Assembly (NCBI GenBank): GCA_051294375.1
Contig: CM119265.1
Span: 26,769,553-26,833,552 of the forward strand
Direction: 5' to 3'
DNA from: Paraspadella gotoi
Lineage: Eukaryota > Animalia > Chaetognatha
Length of the DNA: 64,000 nt
The first letter of the stretch is position 1. Each line of letters begins with the position of its first letter. Of the stretch, positions 15,709-28,262 are shown one piece after another. The translations under genes were made by a program, and so were the position numbers. Below the pieces are notes generated by a model. That model did no database searches and was not told the DNA's origin. It was given only the letters and a program-made list of their open reading frames with translations.

Positions 15709-16181
15709 ATAAGGATAAGGTCAGGAATTAGGTTAGTGATTAAGATGAGGGACTTACTATCTAGGAAAAAAGTATATCACATTTTTAAAAAAGGATATCT
15801 ACTTTTTTGATTTAAAAAAACCAGAATGTTTCCAAATCTAAAATTTTCTTTTAATAGCTTTTTTCTATTTTTTTTAGAAGTTAGAGGCAAATAAAAAATG
15901 TCAAAAAAAAATCTGATTTAGTTTTCTACTATTTTTGGTATTTAGTTATTTATTTTTATTTTGAATAGAGTTAGTTATTTTTTTTATTTTGGTAATTCTA
16001 AAGGCCTTGCATCTTTTTTTGGTTTAAAAAAGTGCTATTATAGCTCTCAAAAAGAGGGAAAGATGCGCAATATTAACATCGAGGCTGAAAAAAATCGCGT
16101 TAAAGATGTGGAAAAATATTTCACTGTCATACCTCAATTTGCTGTATGAGAGCATGCCCAAATAAATACAGGCATTAGTCA

Positions 16182-16265
16182 GAGACGATCTCGCCCTAAC
16201 AGAACTCTGAGTTGAGACGATCTCGCCCTAACAGAACTCTGAGTTGAGACGATCTCGCCCTAACA
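16182..16265. repeat. 32-bp tandem repeat, about 2.6 copies
   Basis: Unit gagacgatctcgccctaacagaactctgagtt. Confidence 0.9.
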
Positions 16266-16573
16266 ACACTTTGTATGTCGGTTAAGAGTGAGTTTTCCTT
16301 TACCAAGGCGACGAGTTTGTATTAATTCAGCATAAAAAAACCAGACTTGGAAAATAATCATGAGCTGTGATATTCATGATGCGGTGAAGCTGGGTCGTCG
16401 TCGTCGTCGTCGTTGTCTCTTCTTTAGTGTTGTTGTCGATAAAATCAATTTGTAGGCGAATCTCCAAAAATAGTTGGACTCGTCATCCCAAAATACTAAT
16501 ATCAAGTCAGCAGGCTTCTCATGTTATTTCATGATAATCGGCGAGAGCGAGAGAGAGCGAGAGCGAGAGCGAG

Positions 16574-16612
<39 letters not shown>

Positions 16613-16749
16613 CTGTTTTTTCTAATTTCATGATAATTGCTTTTACACTTTTTCGCTTAAACGACAATTTGAAAAGATGGACGAAAGTTAGAGGAAATTG
16701 AAGATTTTTTTTTCAACACCTTTTCTCTGGAGAGACAGAGAGAAAGAGA

Positions 16750-16788
<39 letters not shown>

Positions 16789-17727
16789 TTCCACACCTCC
16801 TTCCGAGGAGAGAGAATTAATAATCTACTCCGGCTCAAAACCATCTTGTCCGACGGGATTATTCGATCATTAATTAAAATGATCCTTTAAACTCCTCACA
16901 TGCATAGTTAAAATTACACGGATAATTTTATATTTGTTGAACCAATTTCATATCGTCAATCTAACGATTTCAGGAAGGAGTAAACAGTTCGAACGACAAG
17001 AAGAGCGATGGAGGGATAGCGTTTCTTACAATTTCTTTTATTATTATTATTATTATATTTTATTATTATTATATTATTATTTTATTTTCTTCATAAAATT
17101 TGAAAAAAATTTAAACTATTTAAACACGTATTTCGTCTTGAAAGTCAGGAGTCGGCGGCTGAGGCTTCGAATTGAACAAATAGCAGAAAAATATGTAGAT
17201 AAATTTGAGAACGACTATCAATGGGAGGATGAGACACAGATATGCGAAACAACGTTGATAATACCGCATAGCCGATTCGGTCTGGTATTTCGTAAAATTG
17301 ATTAACAGAGAAGTCCAATGATAGATCTTACTGGTTTCAAGTCACGCTAACCTAAGCTATATTGTTTCACTTCGTTATTCTTCATTTTCCAAACTTGGAT
17401 CTTTATGGGGGTGTGCAAAAACGTGATTCTGATAAAGTCTTGATTGAAAGCTTACTGGGACCTGCAATGTCATTATCTTGTGATGGAGGTCTTAAACGAC
17501 CAAAGCCCGGGCATGTCTTTTATGAGATGATGTCATTGTTGTAGATATTGCATTATCCTTTTGTCGGTTTCTGCCCGGGCATGTCTTTCCCTTTATTTTG
17601 TAATATTTTTGCGGCATGCCTCATCATGCTCCTTTTCATGCTACAGAACGATGTTTTATGAGGGAATAGAGATTATTTCGCCGAAAAATTATTCCGTTCT
17701 TCGAGACAGTCCGTCTCAATCCATTCA

Positions 17728-17852
17728 TTTAATAAATAAGCTATCTTGCCCCTGACTTTGCACAGGCTTTGGTGGTTTAAGGCCTCCATCACTCTTACAT
17801 GATAATGACACAGCAGGTCCCTGCAAGCTTTCAATCGAGACTCTCTCACAGT
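17728..17852 (+). repeat. Dispersed short repeat family A (SINE-like); other copies at 361-410(+), about 17428-17510(-), 19840-19919(+), 34226-34320(-)
   Basis: Shared core tttggtggtttaaggcctccatcactcttaca.gataatgaca.agcagg(tccctgcaagctttcaatcgagactctctcacag). Confidence 0.85.
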
Positions 17853-18808
17853 TTTTTTTTCTTTTTTTCTTTTTCACCGAGAATTTCTCTTGCGTTGACC
17901 ATGAGGATGTCCTCCTTTACTTCCGCCAACGCGAGGCTATTCAAGATGGCCGCTTCCATGAAAATAAGCCGGCGGGACGAGGTTGAGAGACGGGAAGCGA
18001 TGGGCGATTGAGCAACGCGGGTTGAAGGCGAAACGCGTTACGAGATTGGGACGAATGAATTGAAAAACTCGATGACTCGAAACCATGGCGTTTGAGTGTC
18101 GATCGGGAGAAGCTAATTTCGTGGATAATGTCATTATTAATGATGATAATTATTAATGATTAATAATTATTAATAATGTCATTATTAATGATTGCGGTTA
18201 AACTTAAAATTAAAATGTATCCGAAGATAGAGATAGAAGATATATATATATAGAATCATAGATATCTAACCGCACGAAGTAAAAGGAAAATATTTTCAAA
18301 TTTCACGATAAGACATAAAACATATCTACAATGGTGATTTTGAATAGCAAAAATTTGGTACTACATATTTACAGAACTTAAGTTAACCTCAATATCTAAC
18401 TCACCCCTGACTAACTCTTTAAACTTAAGGATTTATCTAATATATCTAAAGCTGTAATTGGAATCGAAATGTCACAGATTTAACAAAACTTCACAAAAAA
18501 AAAGGATAAACATACATGATAACCTATTCTTTGATTTTCCGACGCGGCCCTCTATCGCCGATAAATTATGCGCGATCTCGTTTGTGGGGCCGTATTGATC
18601 TAACACGTCACGCCTCCTGAGAGAAGAGCCAGGCGAAACTGGGGGGTGTAGAACGATAAAACTTCTCTTCTCTTCTCTTCTCTCTCTCTCCTCTCTCTCT
18701 CTCTCTCTTCTCCTCTCTCTCTTATTTCGTCAACCGATGACTAATTGACTTCGAATGAATCAACGACCGGTGATTATTATTTAATCGTCGCCTTGCCTCT
18801 TTTTTAAC

Positions 18809-18873
<65 letters not shown>

Positions 18874-18880
18874 GGGGGAG

Positions 18881-18928
<48 letters not shown>

Positions 18929-19349
18929 TCTTTAAATTTTTACTTCCTTTGCCCCAAATGGTCAAACGATCTGTCTTTAGTCACGTGTCAAATCAGTTTG
19001 GAATCGACAATGACAACCAGTGGCAACAAAGATGACATTGAATGACATCAAGATGACAGTCAAAAACTAATGTGTGTTCCAATAGCGGGACCTGTCGTTC
19101 TTATACTTTTTTTTATACAAAATTTCAATAATTCTTTTTTCTTTCATCTGGATTTTTTTTTCATTAGTTTGTCTTTTTAGCTTTTATTATAGCATGTATT
19201 ATTATTATTATTATTATTATTTTATCATTTTAGCATGTAGTAGATTTTAGCATTCTTAGATTAATTACAAAATAATTGCCTCTACCATTTACGCCCGCCC
19301 CTTGAAGATTTCACTTCAGGGGGAAAGAAGAAAAGAGAAGATTGAAAGG

Positions 19350-19396
<47 letters not shown>

Positions 19397-19618
19397 AAAC
19401 AGAATGCGTAACGAAGGGAAATCGATCGGTCATTCTTTCTCCTCACCAAAAAAGGCGGAGTCTACAAAAAACAAAGGATTCTGACTCGAACAAAATAGCA
19501 TCGCGTCAAAACTCCTTTTTCTTCTCTCTCCCCGCCCGTGATGCCGTAACCCGGGGGACGAAAATGAGGCGGGACGCGTCCGGGCCTTATTTTCCAAGAA
19601 TGCTTCATTTCATCTTGA

Positions 19619-19720
19619 ATTTTTATTTGCGCCGTGAGTACTCGCAGAGCAACTCTATAAATCTTTTTTTGGTTGGTCGGTCGGTCGGACAGTATGTCTG
19701 TCCGTCAGTCTGTCCCACTT
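19619..19720 (+). mobile_element. Helentron/DINE(HINE)-like short element family B; related copies at about 28859-28930(+), 51060-51170(-), 53685-53765(-), 58555-58640(+)
   Basis: Shared layout: TTTTAGTxGC, short hairpin, ACTCTATAA, then (GTCG/GTCC/GTCT)n microsatellite. Confidence 0.6.
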
Positions 19721-20935
19721 ATGTTTAGGATTAAGATTAAATATTAGGCTATAAAATTTGGGTCATATTTAAATTAAATATTAAGGTTCGTAAATATTAG
19801 GAAACTAATATAACTAATATAAACATTATCAATTTATTTAATAAATAAACTATCTTGCCCCTGACTTTGGTCAGGCTTTAGTGGCCTCCAATCTTACAAG
19901 ATTTAATAACATAGCAGGTTGTTGTATTTGATTTAAAAATAATAATAAATTTTTTGAATAAAAATAAATATTTTTGGCTTATTGTTAGTCTTTATCAACT
20001 TGATTTGCGCTGATATTTGCTCACAATTAGTAAAACTATGTTCATTTTCATATAAAAGCATTATGTTGTTGTTGGCAACTATTAAAACATTATTATTTTG
20101 TTTTTAAATATTACGGTTAAAATTAAATTCCGGGACAGATGAACAGAAATGGAGCGCTTTGGGAAAATAGTGCACGTGCCCGGACACGCCGCCCCCTACC
20201 TCCCTAGGGGACTCCTTTCGATGTCCGAAGGGGACTGAGAGGGGCGGGGAGGAACTTGTGACGGAAAAGAAGAGAGAGATGGAATCGGGGTTGTGGTAGA
20301 AGAGGGGGGGCGGGAAACGAGTCGAAGTGGTAAGGTAGGAAGGTAAGGAAGGAGGATCCCGAATGAGGGTGGAAGTTGAATTTGACGGATCGAAGGACGC
20401 GAGAAGAATCTTTGAACATAACTCGTTTGGAGTGCAGAAAGGCGGGAAAAACAAAAGAGACGGAACAGATGACGGAATCCTGTTGGAGAGAGAGAGAGAG
20501 GGAGACGGGAGGAGAGGAACGAGAGAGAGAGGAGAGAGAGGAGTAAGAGAGAGAGAGAGAAAGAGAGAGAGGAGAAGAGTGAGAGGGAGAAAGAGGGGGA
20601 GAGAAANNNNNNNNNNNNNNNNNNNNNNNNNNNNNNNNNNNNNNNNNNNNNNNNNNNNNNNNNNNNNNNNNNNNNNNNNNNNNNNNNNNNNNNNNNNNNN
20701 NNNNNNNNNNNNNNNNNNNNNCGAAAATTATGTTGAATCCTGACAACAAAAAATCGTGGAAAGAAAAGAAAAAAACCGGAATCGAGTTATGATTTAATGG
20801 AGGAACATTTATCTTGAACTCACCTTCCTCCTTCGCCTCCCGCGACTTACCCTCGACGAAGAGGAATGCCTTACCTCCGTCGAAGAGTTAAGGACGTCTC
20901 CCCATGGAGATGACGAATGTCCTCACCATAAATCC

Positions 20936-20971
<36 letters not shown>

Positions 20972-22586
20972 TTTAAGCAACGAATCATCACTCAATTCGC
21001 GGCATTATTTTCCCAGAACGCCCAATTTCATTTTAAATTTGGAACTAAGTTAATTTTTTAAAATAAAAATTGGGTTAGAGGTTAATTTAAGGTTAGCGAT
21101 TTGGTTAGTGATTTGGGTTAAGAATTAGGGTTTAGGGTTAGAGGTTTGGGTTAGAAAATAGGGATAATGATTAAGGATTAGGTTAAGGTTAAGGTTAAGG
21201 TTAAGGTTAAGGTTAAGAATTGGGTTATAAGGCTAAAAACAAATTTATAATAAATATTATGCTTTGTATCAAATTCTTTCGTTTCATTGTGTTTGAGATT
21301 ATAAGAAATAACAAAATTTGTTAGCAACAACGATAATTTGTTTTTATTTGGTATATGTTTCAAATTTTTTTACAATTGCATGTTTTGTTATTTCTTCTAA
21401 TATTTAGCTTTAAATTAAATTCTAGAATAAAGGAACAGAAATAGGCACTCTTGGAAAATAGAGCCCAATTCGTTTCCCGTGTTCATCCCATATTTTACTT
21501 CTTTTTTTTTCACCACGCCTCCCACTGACCCCCTCGATCAATGACCTTCCCACTGACCCTTAATTCCTGACACGGGGATCGAAAATTGAAGCGTAAACGG
21601 ACGTCGAAGTAAATCAAGACTCGATTAGGAGTTTCACAGAGATGGGGGGAAGAGGAGGAGAAGGAGGAGGAGGAGGAAGAGGAAGAGGATCCATTCATCT
21701 TGTCACAGTTTGAAGATGAGGCATGAGTGGTTCTTCATTTCATTTGACAACGAAATGTGGTCAGATGAAGTAGTACTCTTAAATTCATAAATAAGACATG
21801 TAGGGAGATTAAATTTTTTGAAACCATTTTCTCATGTTTTAACTTTGAAATAGCAAGAATAATTTTTAATAAATGTCAAAGGAGACTTTTGTCTTTTTTT
21901 TTGTAGTATTAGATAAAGAGAGTTTCAGTTTAATCCAATTCATGACGCGAATACTTTAAAAGGTATTGACGGATTTAAGAAATTTCTTAATTTCTCTTTT
22001 TCCTTTCTGATCAAAATTAAAATTAGTGCGTTTTTGAACTTTTTTTTTAAAGAATAAAAAAGATTCTGGAAGATTAAACGATAATAAGCAGTTTCGAAAA
22101 CGGTTTAATCTAAAAAATAAAAAAGAATAGAAGAGAATAGAAATTAAAGGCACTAACAAATTGTCGAAGACAAGAACAATTATTGAACAAGATCATTTGT
22201 CCAATTTAACGCGATAATTTGAAGGCGGCTTCGATTTTAATCCAACACCGACTTTCGTCCCTTTTTCGCCTTTGGTCTCCCCAAAAAAAGTGGCCATCGT
22301 CTCTGTCTCTGTCGTCGTCTTTTCGTCATAGTCAGCACTATCATCTTATCATCTTTGTCACAAGAACATTCGTAATCCGTCCTAAGACAAAGTTCGGCGT
22401 TTAAACCCGTAATCAACTTTTTTTTTTAAATGTAAACTTTATGTACACGTTAATTAAAAAACGCCAAATGAAAGTTTATCAGTTTTTCAAAACGAAATCA
22501 ATTTCCGGAAAATTTTTGGCGGCAAATAAATTTTCTTTGATCTTTTCTAGTAATCGTTTAATGAAAAAAGAAATCCTCTTAATCTT

Positions 22587-22661
<75 letters not shown>

Positions 22662-23725
22662 ACCGTCAATTAGCTAGGTTTACTGTCGTTCCAATGACCA
22701 GTGAAACGTTAAGATTGAAAGAGTTATTGGTAATTCGGATACAAATTCCGATCAATCGAAAAAAAAGAGAATGTCAAGTTGAGATAAAACCGATATACTA
22801 GGTTTGCCTTTTGTTCTCGAATTAACGAACATCCTTCATAATTTTTTAAATAGATGTCGTTTGCTCCCGGGAAAATTCGAGGAACAAATGATCATTCCGA
22901 AACTGGAAGTAACAGTTAGTAATACTAATCAGCAATAAGTCACGATTCTACTAGCACTGTTCATCCCTGGCACTAAATTATCCGAAATGAATTACTGAGA
23001 CCAGTTAGCGTTTAAGGATGACATTTATTCACATGTCTTAAAAGCAAATCAAATGTCAGGGATTATACAACAGTTAGAAAGTATAGCATCACATCACATC
23101 AGCAATAAAATTCACCCGCTTGTTATTAGACATTTTTTAAGTCTTCATTTGGTTTCATTTTTTTTTTTTTGTTGCAATTCATTTTGGGTATTTGATTTTT
23201 AACAGGATTAGAGTTAAGGCCTTTTCTTTTAAATAATTTTTTTGTTTTTTTGAAAATTAAACTTTTTTTGTCAGTTATACATGAGAAGATGCAATTATGA
23301 ATTCGTAGTTAATTTCAAATTCTCTGTTTAAAACGAGAGATGTGAAGTATTTTTTTTGGTTTTAGATAAACACAATTCTTTTCTATTACATTCGCGACTA
23401 GTGTTAAATTTTTATAATGATTATGTACACATGTAATTCTACGATGATCGAGCGACGAAAGGAAAATAATAAGAGTAATAATAAAATGATAATAATATAA
23501 TAATAGGAGATAAAAATATCATTAAATATAACAACATATCATTTTTTAATCATTTTTTTTTTCAACAAACTTCTACTAAGTAAAAGAAGGCTACCTATCG
23601 AATTTTTTGATTTGTCAAAAAAAAAAGAAGAAGTTAACACTCTTAAGTGTGCAGGAGGCTCCACTTGCTGAGAAGGTAAGGGAAGATGAGGAGCAATCCA
23701 AACTCTGATCCAATTGTGTTTCCTC

Positions 23726-23844
23726 CTACAGGATCCTTTGCTCCTCTCCTCTGAGATAAGTCGATGCGATATCAAGGTCGTTCTGCTGCCAATAGGCAGA
23801 GGCGTGACTCGACGGTAGATTGGAATAAGCGTGGACCGGCGTGC
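23726..23844 (-). CDS. Nlgn: Neuroligin-like gene, probable last coding exon
   Basis: atacatAG| in phase 1; (G)TPVHAYSNLPSSHASAYWQQNDLDIASTYLRGEEQRIL, then TAG at 23726-23728. Confidence 0.65.
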
Positions 23845-23990
23845 CTATGTATATTTCCATTTAAGAAAAATTTAAATTAAGTTTACTGTTCATTGGCGAA
23901 TTAATTTATTTTTGAAATTAAAAGTATAGGTTTTGAGAAGCTAGATTAGAAAACGTACCAATTTATATTTCTAAACTAGTTGAAAATAAG

Positions 23991-24062
23991 GGGCTCGTCC
24001 GGGAGTCGAACCCGGGGCCTCTCGCACCCGAAGCGAGAATCATACCTCTAGACCAACGAGCC
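23991..24062 (-). tRNA. tRNA-Pro: tRNA-Pro (anticodon CGG)
   Basis: GGCTCGTTGGTCTAGAGGTATGATTCTCGCTTCGGGTGCGAGAGGCCCCGGGTTCGACTCCCGGACGAGCCC; intact cloverleaf with A/B boxes and a TTTT terminator just downstream. Confidence 0.97.
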
Positions 24063-24276
24063 AACTGAAAGAAAGGGGCTAACAAAAGACATCTGATTCT
24101 TTTTAGAAACAAACGACTTTCAAAAAAGGTTGGGATTTCATTTGCGTTTGTATTTAATTGTTATTTTCCTTTTAATTATGAAATTATAAAAAAATAGAAA
24201 ATCAAAGATGATTTATAGTGAGTCAATGTCAGCGAATAAAATAAGTTGTTAAGATATGTTGTTTTGCAACAAAAAG

Positions 24277-24350
24277 TGGCCAGTGTGGGGATCGAACCCG
24301 CGACCTTGGCGTTATTAGCACCACGCTCTAACCAGCTGAGCTAACCGGCC
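24277..24350 (-). tRNA. tRNA-Ile: tRNA-Ile (anticodon AAT)
   Basis: GGCCGGTTAGCTCAGCTGGTTAGAGCGTGGTGCTAATAACGCCAAGGTCGCGGGTTCGATCCCCACACTGGCCA followed by a CTTTTT Pol III terminator. Confidence 0.97.
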
Positions 24351-24663
24351 TTACAATTTTTGATCCTAAAAACGGGAATAATTTTTATAATGGTTTGTTC
24401 TTTGTAAATCACGGGTAATTTCTTTATGAAATTNNNNNNNNNNCGAGCCAACTGAAAGAGAGTGGCTAACAAAAGACATCTCATTCTTTTTAGAAACAAA
24501 CAACTTTCAAAAAAGGTTGAGATTATATTTGTGGTTGTATTTAATTGTTATTATCCTTTTAATTGATAAATTTTAAAAAAGTATAAAATTAAAGGTGATT
24601 TATAGTGAGTCAATGTCAGCGAATAAAATAAGTGGTTAAGATATGTTGTTTTGCAACAAAAAG

Positions 24664-24737
24664 TGGCCAGTGTGGGGATCGAACCCGCGACCTTGGCGTT
24701 ATTAGCACCACGCTCTAACCAGCTGAGCTAACCGGCC
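24664..24737 (-). tRNA. tRNA-Ile: tRNA-Ile (anticodon AAT), second identical copy
   Basis: Same 74-nt sequence as 24277-24350 with near-identical flanks. The first bases of another tRNA-Pro (cgagcc, 24444-24449) abut the N gap. Confidence 0.97.
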
Positions 24738-24859
24738 TCGTGCTTTTCTTTTCTAAAAACGGAAATAATTTTTATAATGGTTTGTTCTTTGTTATTCACG
24801 GGTAATTTCTTTATTTATTTTTTTATCTTGGTGAAAGGTAAAACTTGAGTTAGAAACTC

Positions 24860-25120
24860 ATTCCGACCTCACTCTTATCCCTCTCCGACCTCATAACCAA
24901 CCCCATTCCGACTTCAACCCAACCCCACTCCGACCACAACCCAAAACTCCACTTCAACCTCACCCCCAACCCTACTCCGACCTTATCCCAACCCTACTCC
25001 GACCTCAACCCCAGCTAGACTCCGACCTCATCGCAATCCCACTCCGACCTCACCCAAAACTCCACTCCGACCTCACCCAAAACTCCACTCCAACCTCACC
25101 CCCAACTCCACTCCGACCTT
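24860..25120. repeat. About 21-22-bp degenerate minisatellite in the neuroligin intron
   Basis: Unit approximately actccgacctcacccaaaactcc. Confidence 0.85.
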
Positions 25121-25122
25121 AC

Positions 25123-25296
25123 CCGTATTTCTCCGCAGCGTCTCTCCACCCGAAGCGACGAATCGAGTCGAACTCGTCGGATGATTTCTCATGATTCCTG
25201 TGGTCACCATGGAAACGCCGCCGACGCCGCCGCCGACGCTGCCGCTGCCGACACTGCCGACGCCGACGCTCGCCGTAGTTTTAGCACCGGAATAAT
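25123..25296 (-). CDS. Nlgn: Neuroligin-like gene, cytoplasmic exon
   Basis: tttaaatacAG|...G|GTAAGG; (D)YSGAKTTASVGVGSVGSGSVGGGVGGVSMVTTGIMRNHPTSSTRFVASGGETLRRNT(G). Confidence 0.78.
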
Positions 25297-25675
25297 CTGT
25301 ATTTAAAGAAAATTGAAATAGAAATAAATATTATTAATTAAAATTGCAACTGTAAAACCACGAGGAGATTCATTCTTGTAGTATTATTAGTATTATTAGT
25401 ATGAGTACAATTGGCTAACTTTTCATCTCGTTGGACCCAATGGTCAAGGGTTCTATAACTGGTTTTAACGGTACTTCATAAAGAGTTACGGGCCGTTACT
25501 GTACAGCACCGGTATCAACCACAGCACTGGATTAAAATAGCGTGTTAATATATTTTAAAAATTATATTTTTAAAATTAAAAAAGCGCTTAGTTTCCAGAG
25601 TTAGTTAAGAGCGATTAGTTATCAAACGTCTGTATCACCGTGTGTCTGTCTGTCTGTCTGTCTGTATTTTCTTAC

Positions 25676-25728
25676 CTGCAGCCATAGCGCGCATTTCATA
25701 ATGATGACTGGTTGGCGCCACGACTTGC
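25676..25728 (-). CDS. Nlgn: Neuroligin-like gene, small cytoplasmic exon
   Basis: ttttattcAG|...CAG|GTAAGA; QVVAPTSHHYEMRAMAA; phases 2/1 are consistent with neighbours. Confidence 0.78.
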
Positions 25729-26092
25729 CTGAATAAAATAGGATACAGAAAGAACATTCTAATGTACATCTAGAAACATTCTCAAAAAGCTACGAAAAAT
25801 ATGTTACAAGTAAAATCTCATTTCAATGTATGAATTTTTGAAAAAGTGATAATTTTTAAAAAATATTCAATACTTTTTTGAAATATTACTTTAATACTAC
25901 TTCCTTGTACTAATGACGCTTTATATTGTTTTTTAATTATTTTTATTTATTTAATTTTAGCGTCTCTCACCATCAGCGTTGTATGACATCACTCTCTGTC
26001 GATTAAATGCTTAATCACATGGCACCCTGTCACCCGAACTTCAACTTCTACTATCATTGTCATCCACCCAAATTATTCGCACTATCGATTAC

Positions 26093-26400
26093 TGTCAACC
26101 AAGCTGTCGTCCAATTAAAACAATCAGTGTCAACCAAGCTGTAACCCATTTAAAACAATCTGTCAACGAAGCTATCATCCAATTAAAACAATTTGTGTCA
26201 ACCAAGCTGTAACCCATTTAAAACAATCTCTGTCAACCAATCTGTCACCCAATTAAAACAATCTCAGTCAACCAATCTGTCACCCATTTAAAACAATCTC
26301 TGTCAACCAAGCTGTCACCCATTTAAACTAATCTCTGTCAACCAAGCTGTCACCCAATTAAAACCATCTCAGTCAACCAAGCTGTCACCCAATTAAAGCA
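26093..26400. repeat. About 35-bp minisatellite, about 9 copies, in a neuroligin intron
   Basis: Unit tgtcaaccaagctgtcacccaattaaaacaatctc. Confidence 0.9.
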
Positions 26401-26508
26401 AGTTTTCACCGACCTTACAACAATCAACGTCTACCAAGCTGCCATTCACAACTATCACTGTCATCTAAGCTATCAGAAAAAACCTATCACAGTCAAGGTG
26501 ACAATCAC

Positions 26509-26716
26509 CTCATCGTGGGAATTCCGCTCGTGATGTCTTTCAAATTGTATCCCTTTGACGTCGCTGGCGCCGCCGACGCCACGCCACCGGAAGTGGCGTG
26601 GCTGGGCGAGGCCGCGGGCGCCGGCGCCCCGCGTCCGCCCGCGGCACCAGAAGCGGCGTGACGCGGCGGCTGCGGCGGAGATCCTGCGTCGAAGGGATGG
26701 AGTTCTTGTTGGTCGC
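26509..26716 (-). CDS. Nlgn: Neuroligin-like gene, cytoplasmic exon
   Basis: GC-rich; cttcatcAG|...AG|GTGATT; open frame DQQELHPFDAGSPPQPPRH...KGYNLKDITSGIPTM(R), phases 1/2. Confidence 0.75.
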
Positions 26717-26884
26717 CTGATGAAGACAGAGGAGTCTAAGTTAATATCAAATATTGAGAGAAGTTAATATTGAATAGATTACAATATTGTAGTTAGAGAA
26801 AAGTTTCAATTGTTTTTAGCAACGATTTATTTTAGTTAATACTGTAGTTAATATGGTTAATATAAATAGTTAATATTAAAATTA

Positions 26885-26982
<98 letters not shown>

Positions 26983-27434
26983 TAATATTATTTATTATTA
27001 TTATTTATTTATTTTATCTATAGTAATAATAGTAGTTGATATTGCTAAATTATAAAAATGAATAAATTAAAACTGTTTTTAATATTTTATTAGTTATTAT
27101 TTATCATTATCTATTTATTATTATAAATTATTATAATATAATTAATATATATTTCTTTAATCTTTTACTTTCTCTCTCTCATAATTTTTTTAACCCGCCA
27201 CCTCTCCCCAAATCTCTCTCGCTCTCTCTCTCCTCTTTTTCTTTTCCTCTTCCCCATTTCTATCCCGCAATTCCCATCAGACTTCCCCTTCTCCTCCCCT
27301 CCTCCCTCTCTCCGATCATAGCTTCGAATAAGGGCTCTGACTCTGATAGCCTAATCCCCTCCTCCTTCTCCTCCTCCTCCTCCTGCTCACTCCCCCTGCC
27401 TCTCTCCCCTTTTTATTCCTGACGCTTTCTTCAC

Positions 27435-27575
27435 CCCATCTCCCTATTTTCCCTCTTTTTCCATCACCATCACCAGCCACTGGGATTGCTGATTGCCGCA
27501 ACTTCTTCCTTTTGCTGCGTTGATAAAAAACTGCGGCAAAGACGAGGACGTTAAGAACGACGAGCGTCGCTCCGA
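27435..27575 (-). CDS. Nlgn: Neuroligin-like gene, transmembrane exon (3' boundary uncertain)
   Basis: ctctttcAG|; (V)GATLVVLNVLVFAAVFYQRSKRKKLRQ, resembling neuroligin TM AVGASLLFLNILAFAALYY plus a basic stop-transfer segment. The phase-1 donor G|GTGAAG at 27435/27434 is tentative. Confidence 0.8.
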
Positions 27576-27659
27576 CTGAAAGAGGGAGGATAGCGATCGA
27601 TCAATCCATCAATCAACCAATCAATCAACCAATCAAACAATCAATCAAATCAATCAAAC

Positions 27660-27743
27660 CTGCGACGAAAATACTGATGGTAGAAGGAGAGTCGAGAAAG
27701 GAGGACGTTTCCGTTCTCGTTACTCCCGTGTTTCCAGATTCGC
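27660..27743 (-). CDS. Nlgn: Neuroligin-like gene, juxtamembrane exon
   Basis: ttttcgttcAG|...CAG|GTTTGA; (G)ESGNTGVTRTETSSFLDSPSTISIFVA(V), leading in phase into the transmembrane exon. Confidence 0.82.
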
Positions 27744-27929
27744 CTGAACGAAAATTCAATCAAACGTCGATCTACTTCAACTGACCAACCACTTGGGATT
27801 TCGGCTCTGTATTCCAAAAGCGCCCCTCTAAACTCAAATGTAATTTTAATTATTAATGCTAATCAATAACTAAACTTGTAACCTAATTATTAACCCCAAC
27901 ATTATGCCATAATCATTAATATTGAACTG

Positions 27930-28262
27930 TAACTCCTAATCCTAAGTCATTAATCCTAATCCTAATTAATTACCTAATTAATAATTAATAATTAATAAGT
28001 TAATTAATAATCCTAATCCTAACCCTAAGTCCTTAATCCTAATCTTACTTAATAACCTAATTAATATTTAATAATTAATAACCTAATTAATAAACCTAAT
28101 CCTAATCCTAACCCTCAGTCCTTAATCCTAATCCTAATTAATAACCTAATTAATAACCTAATTAATAATTCTAATCCTAACCCTAACCCTCACCCTAAGC
28201 TCTTAATCTTAATCCTAATTAATAACCTAATTCATAATCCTAATCCTAACCTTAAGTCCTTA
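27930..28262. repeat. AT-rich CCTAA(T/C)-based compound tandem repeat
   Basis: Repeats of taatcctaatcctaaccctaagtccttaatcctaa...taataacctaat. Confidence 0.8.

Noticed and set aside
21070-21230. Interstitial telomere (TTAGGG/TTAAGG-like)
   Set aside because: Short and degenerate, mostly TTAAGG; similar low-complexity tracts occur at about 28.0 and 33.5 kb.
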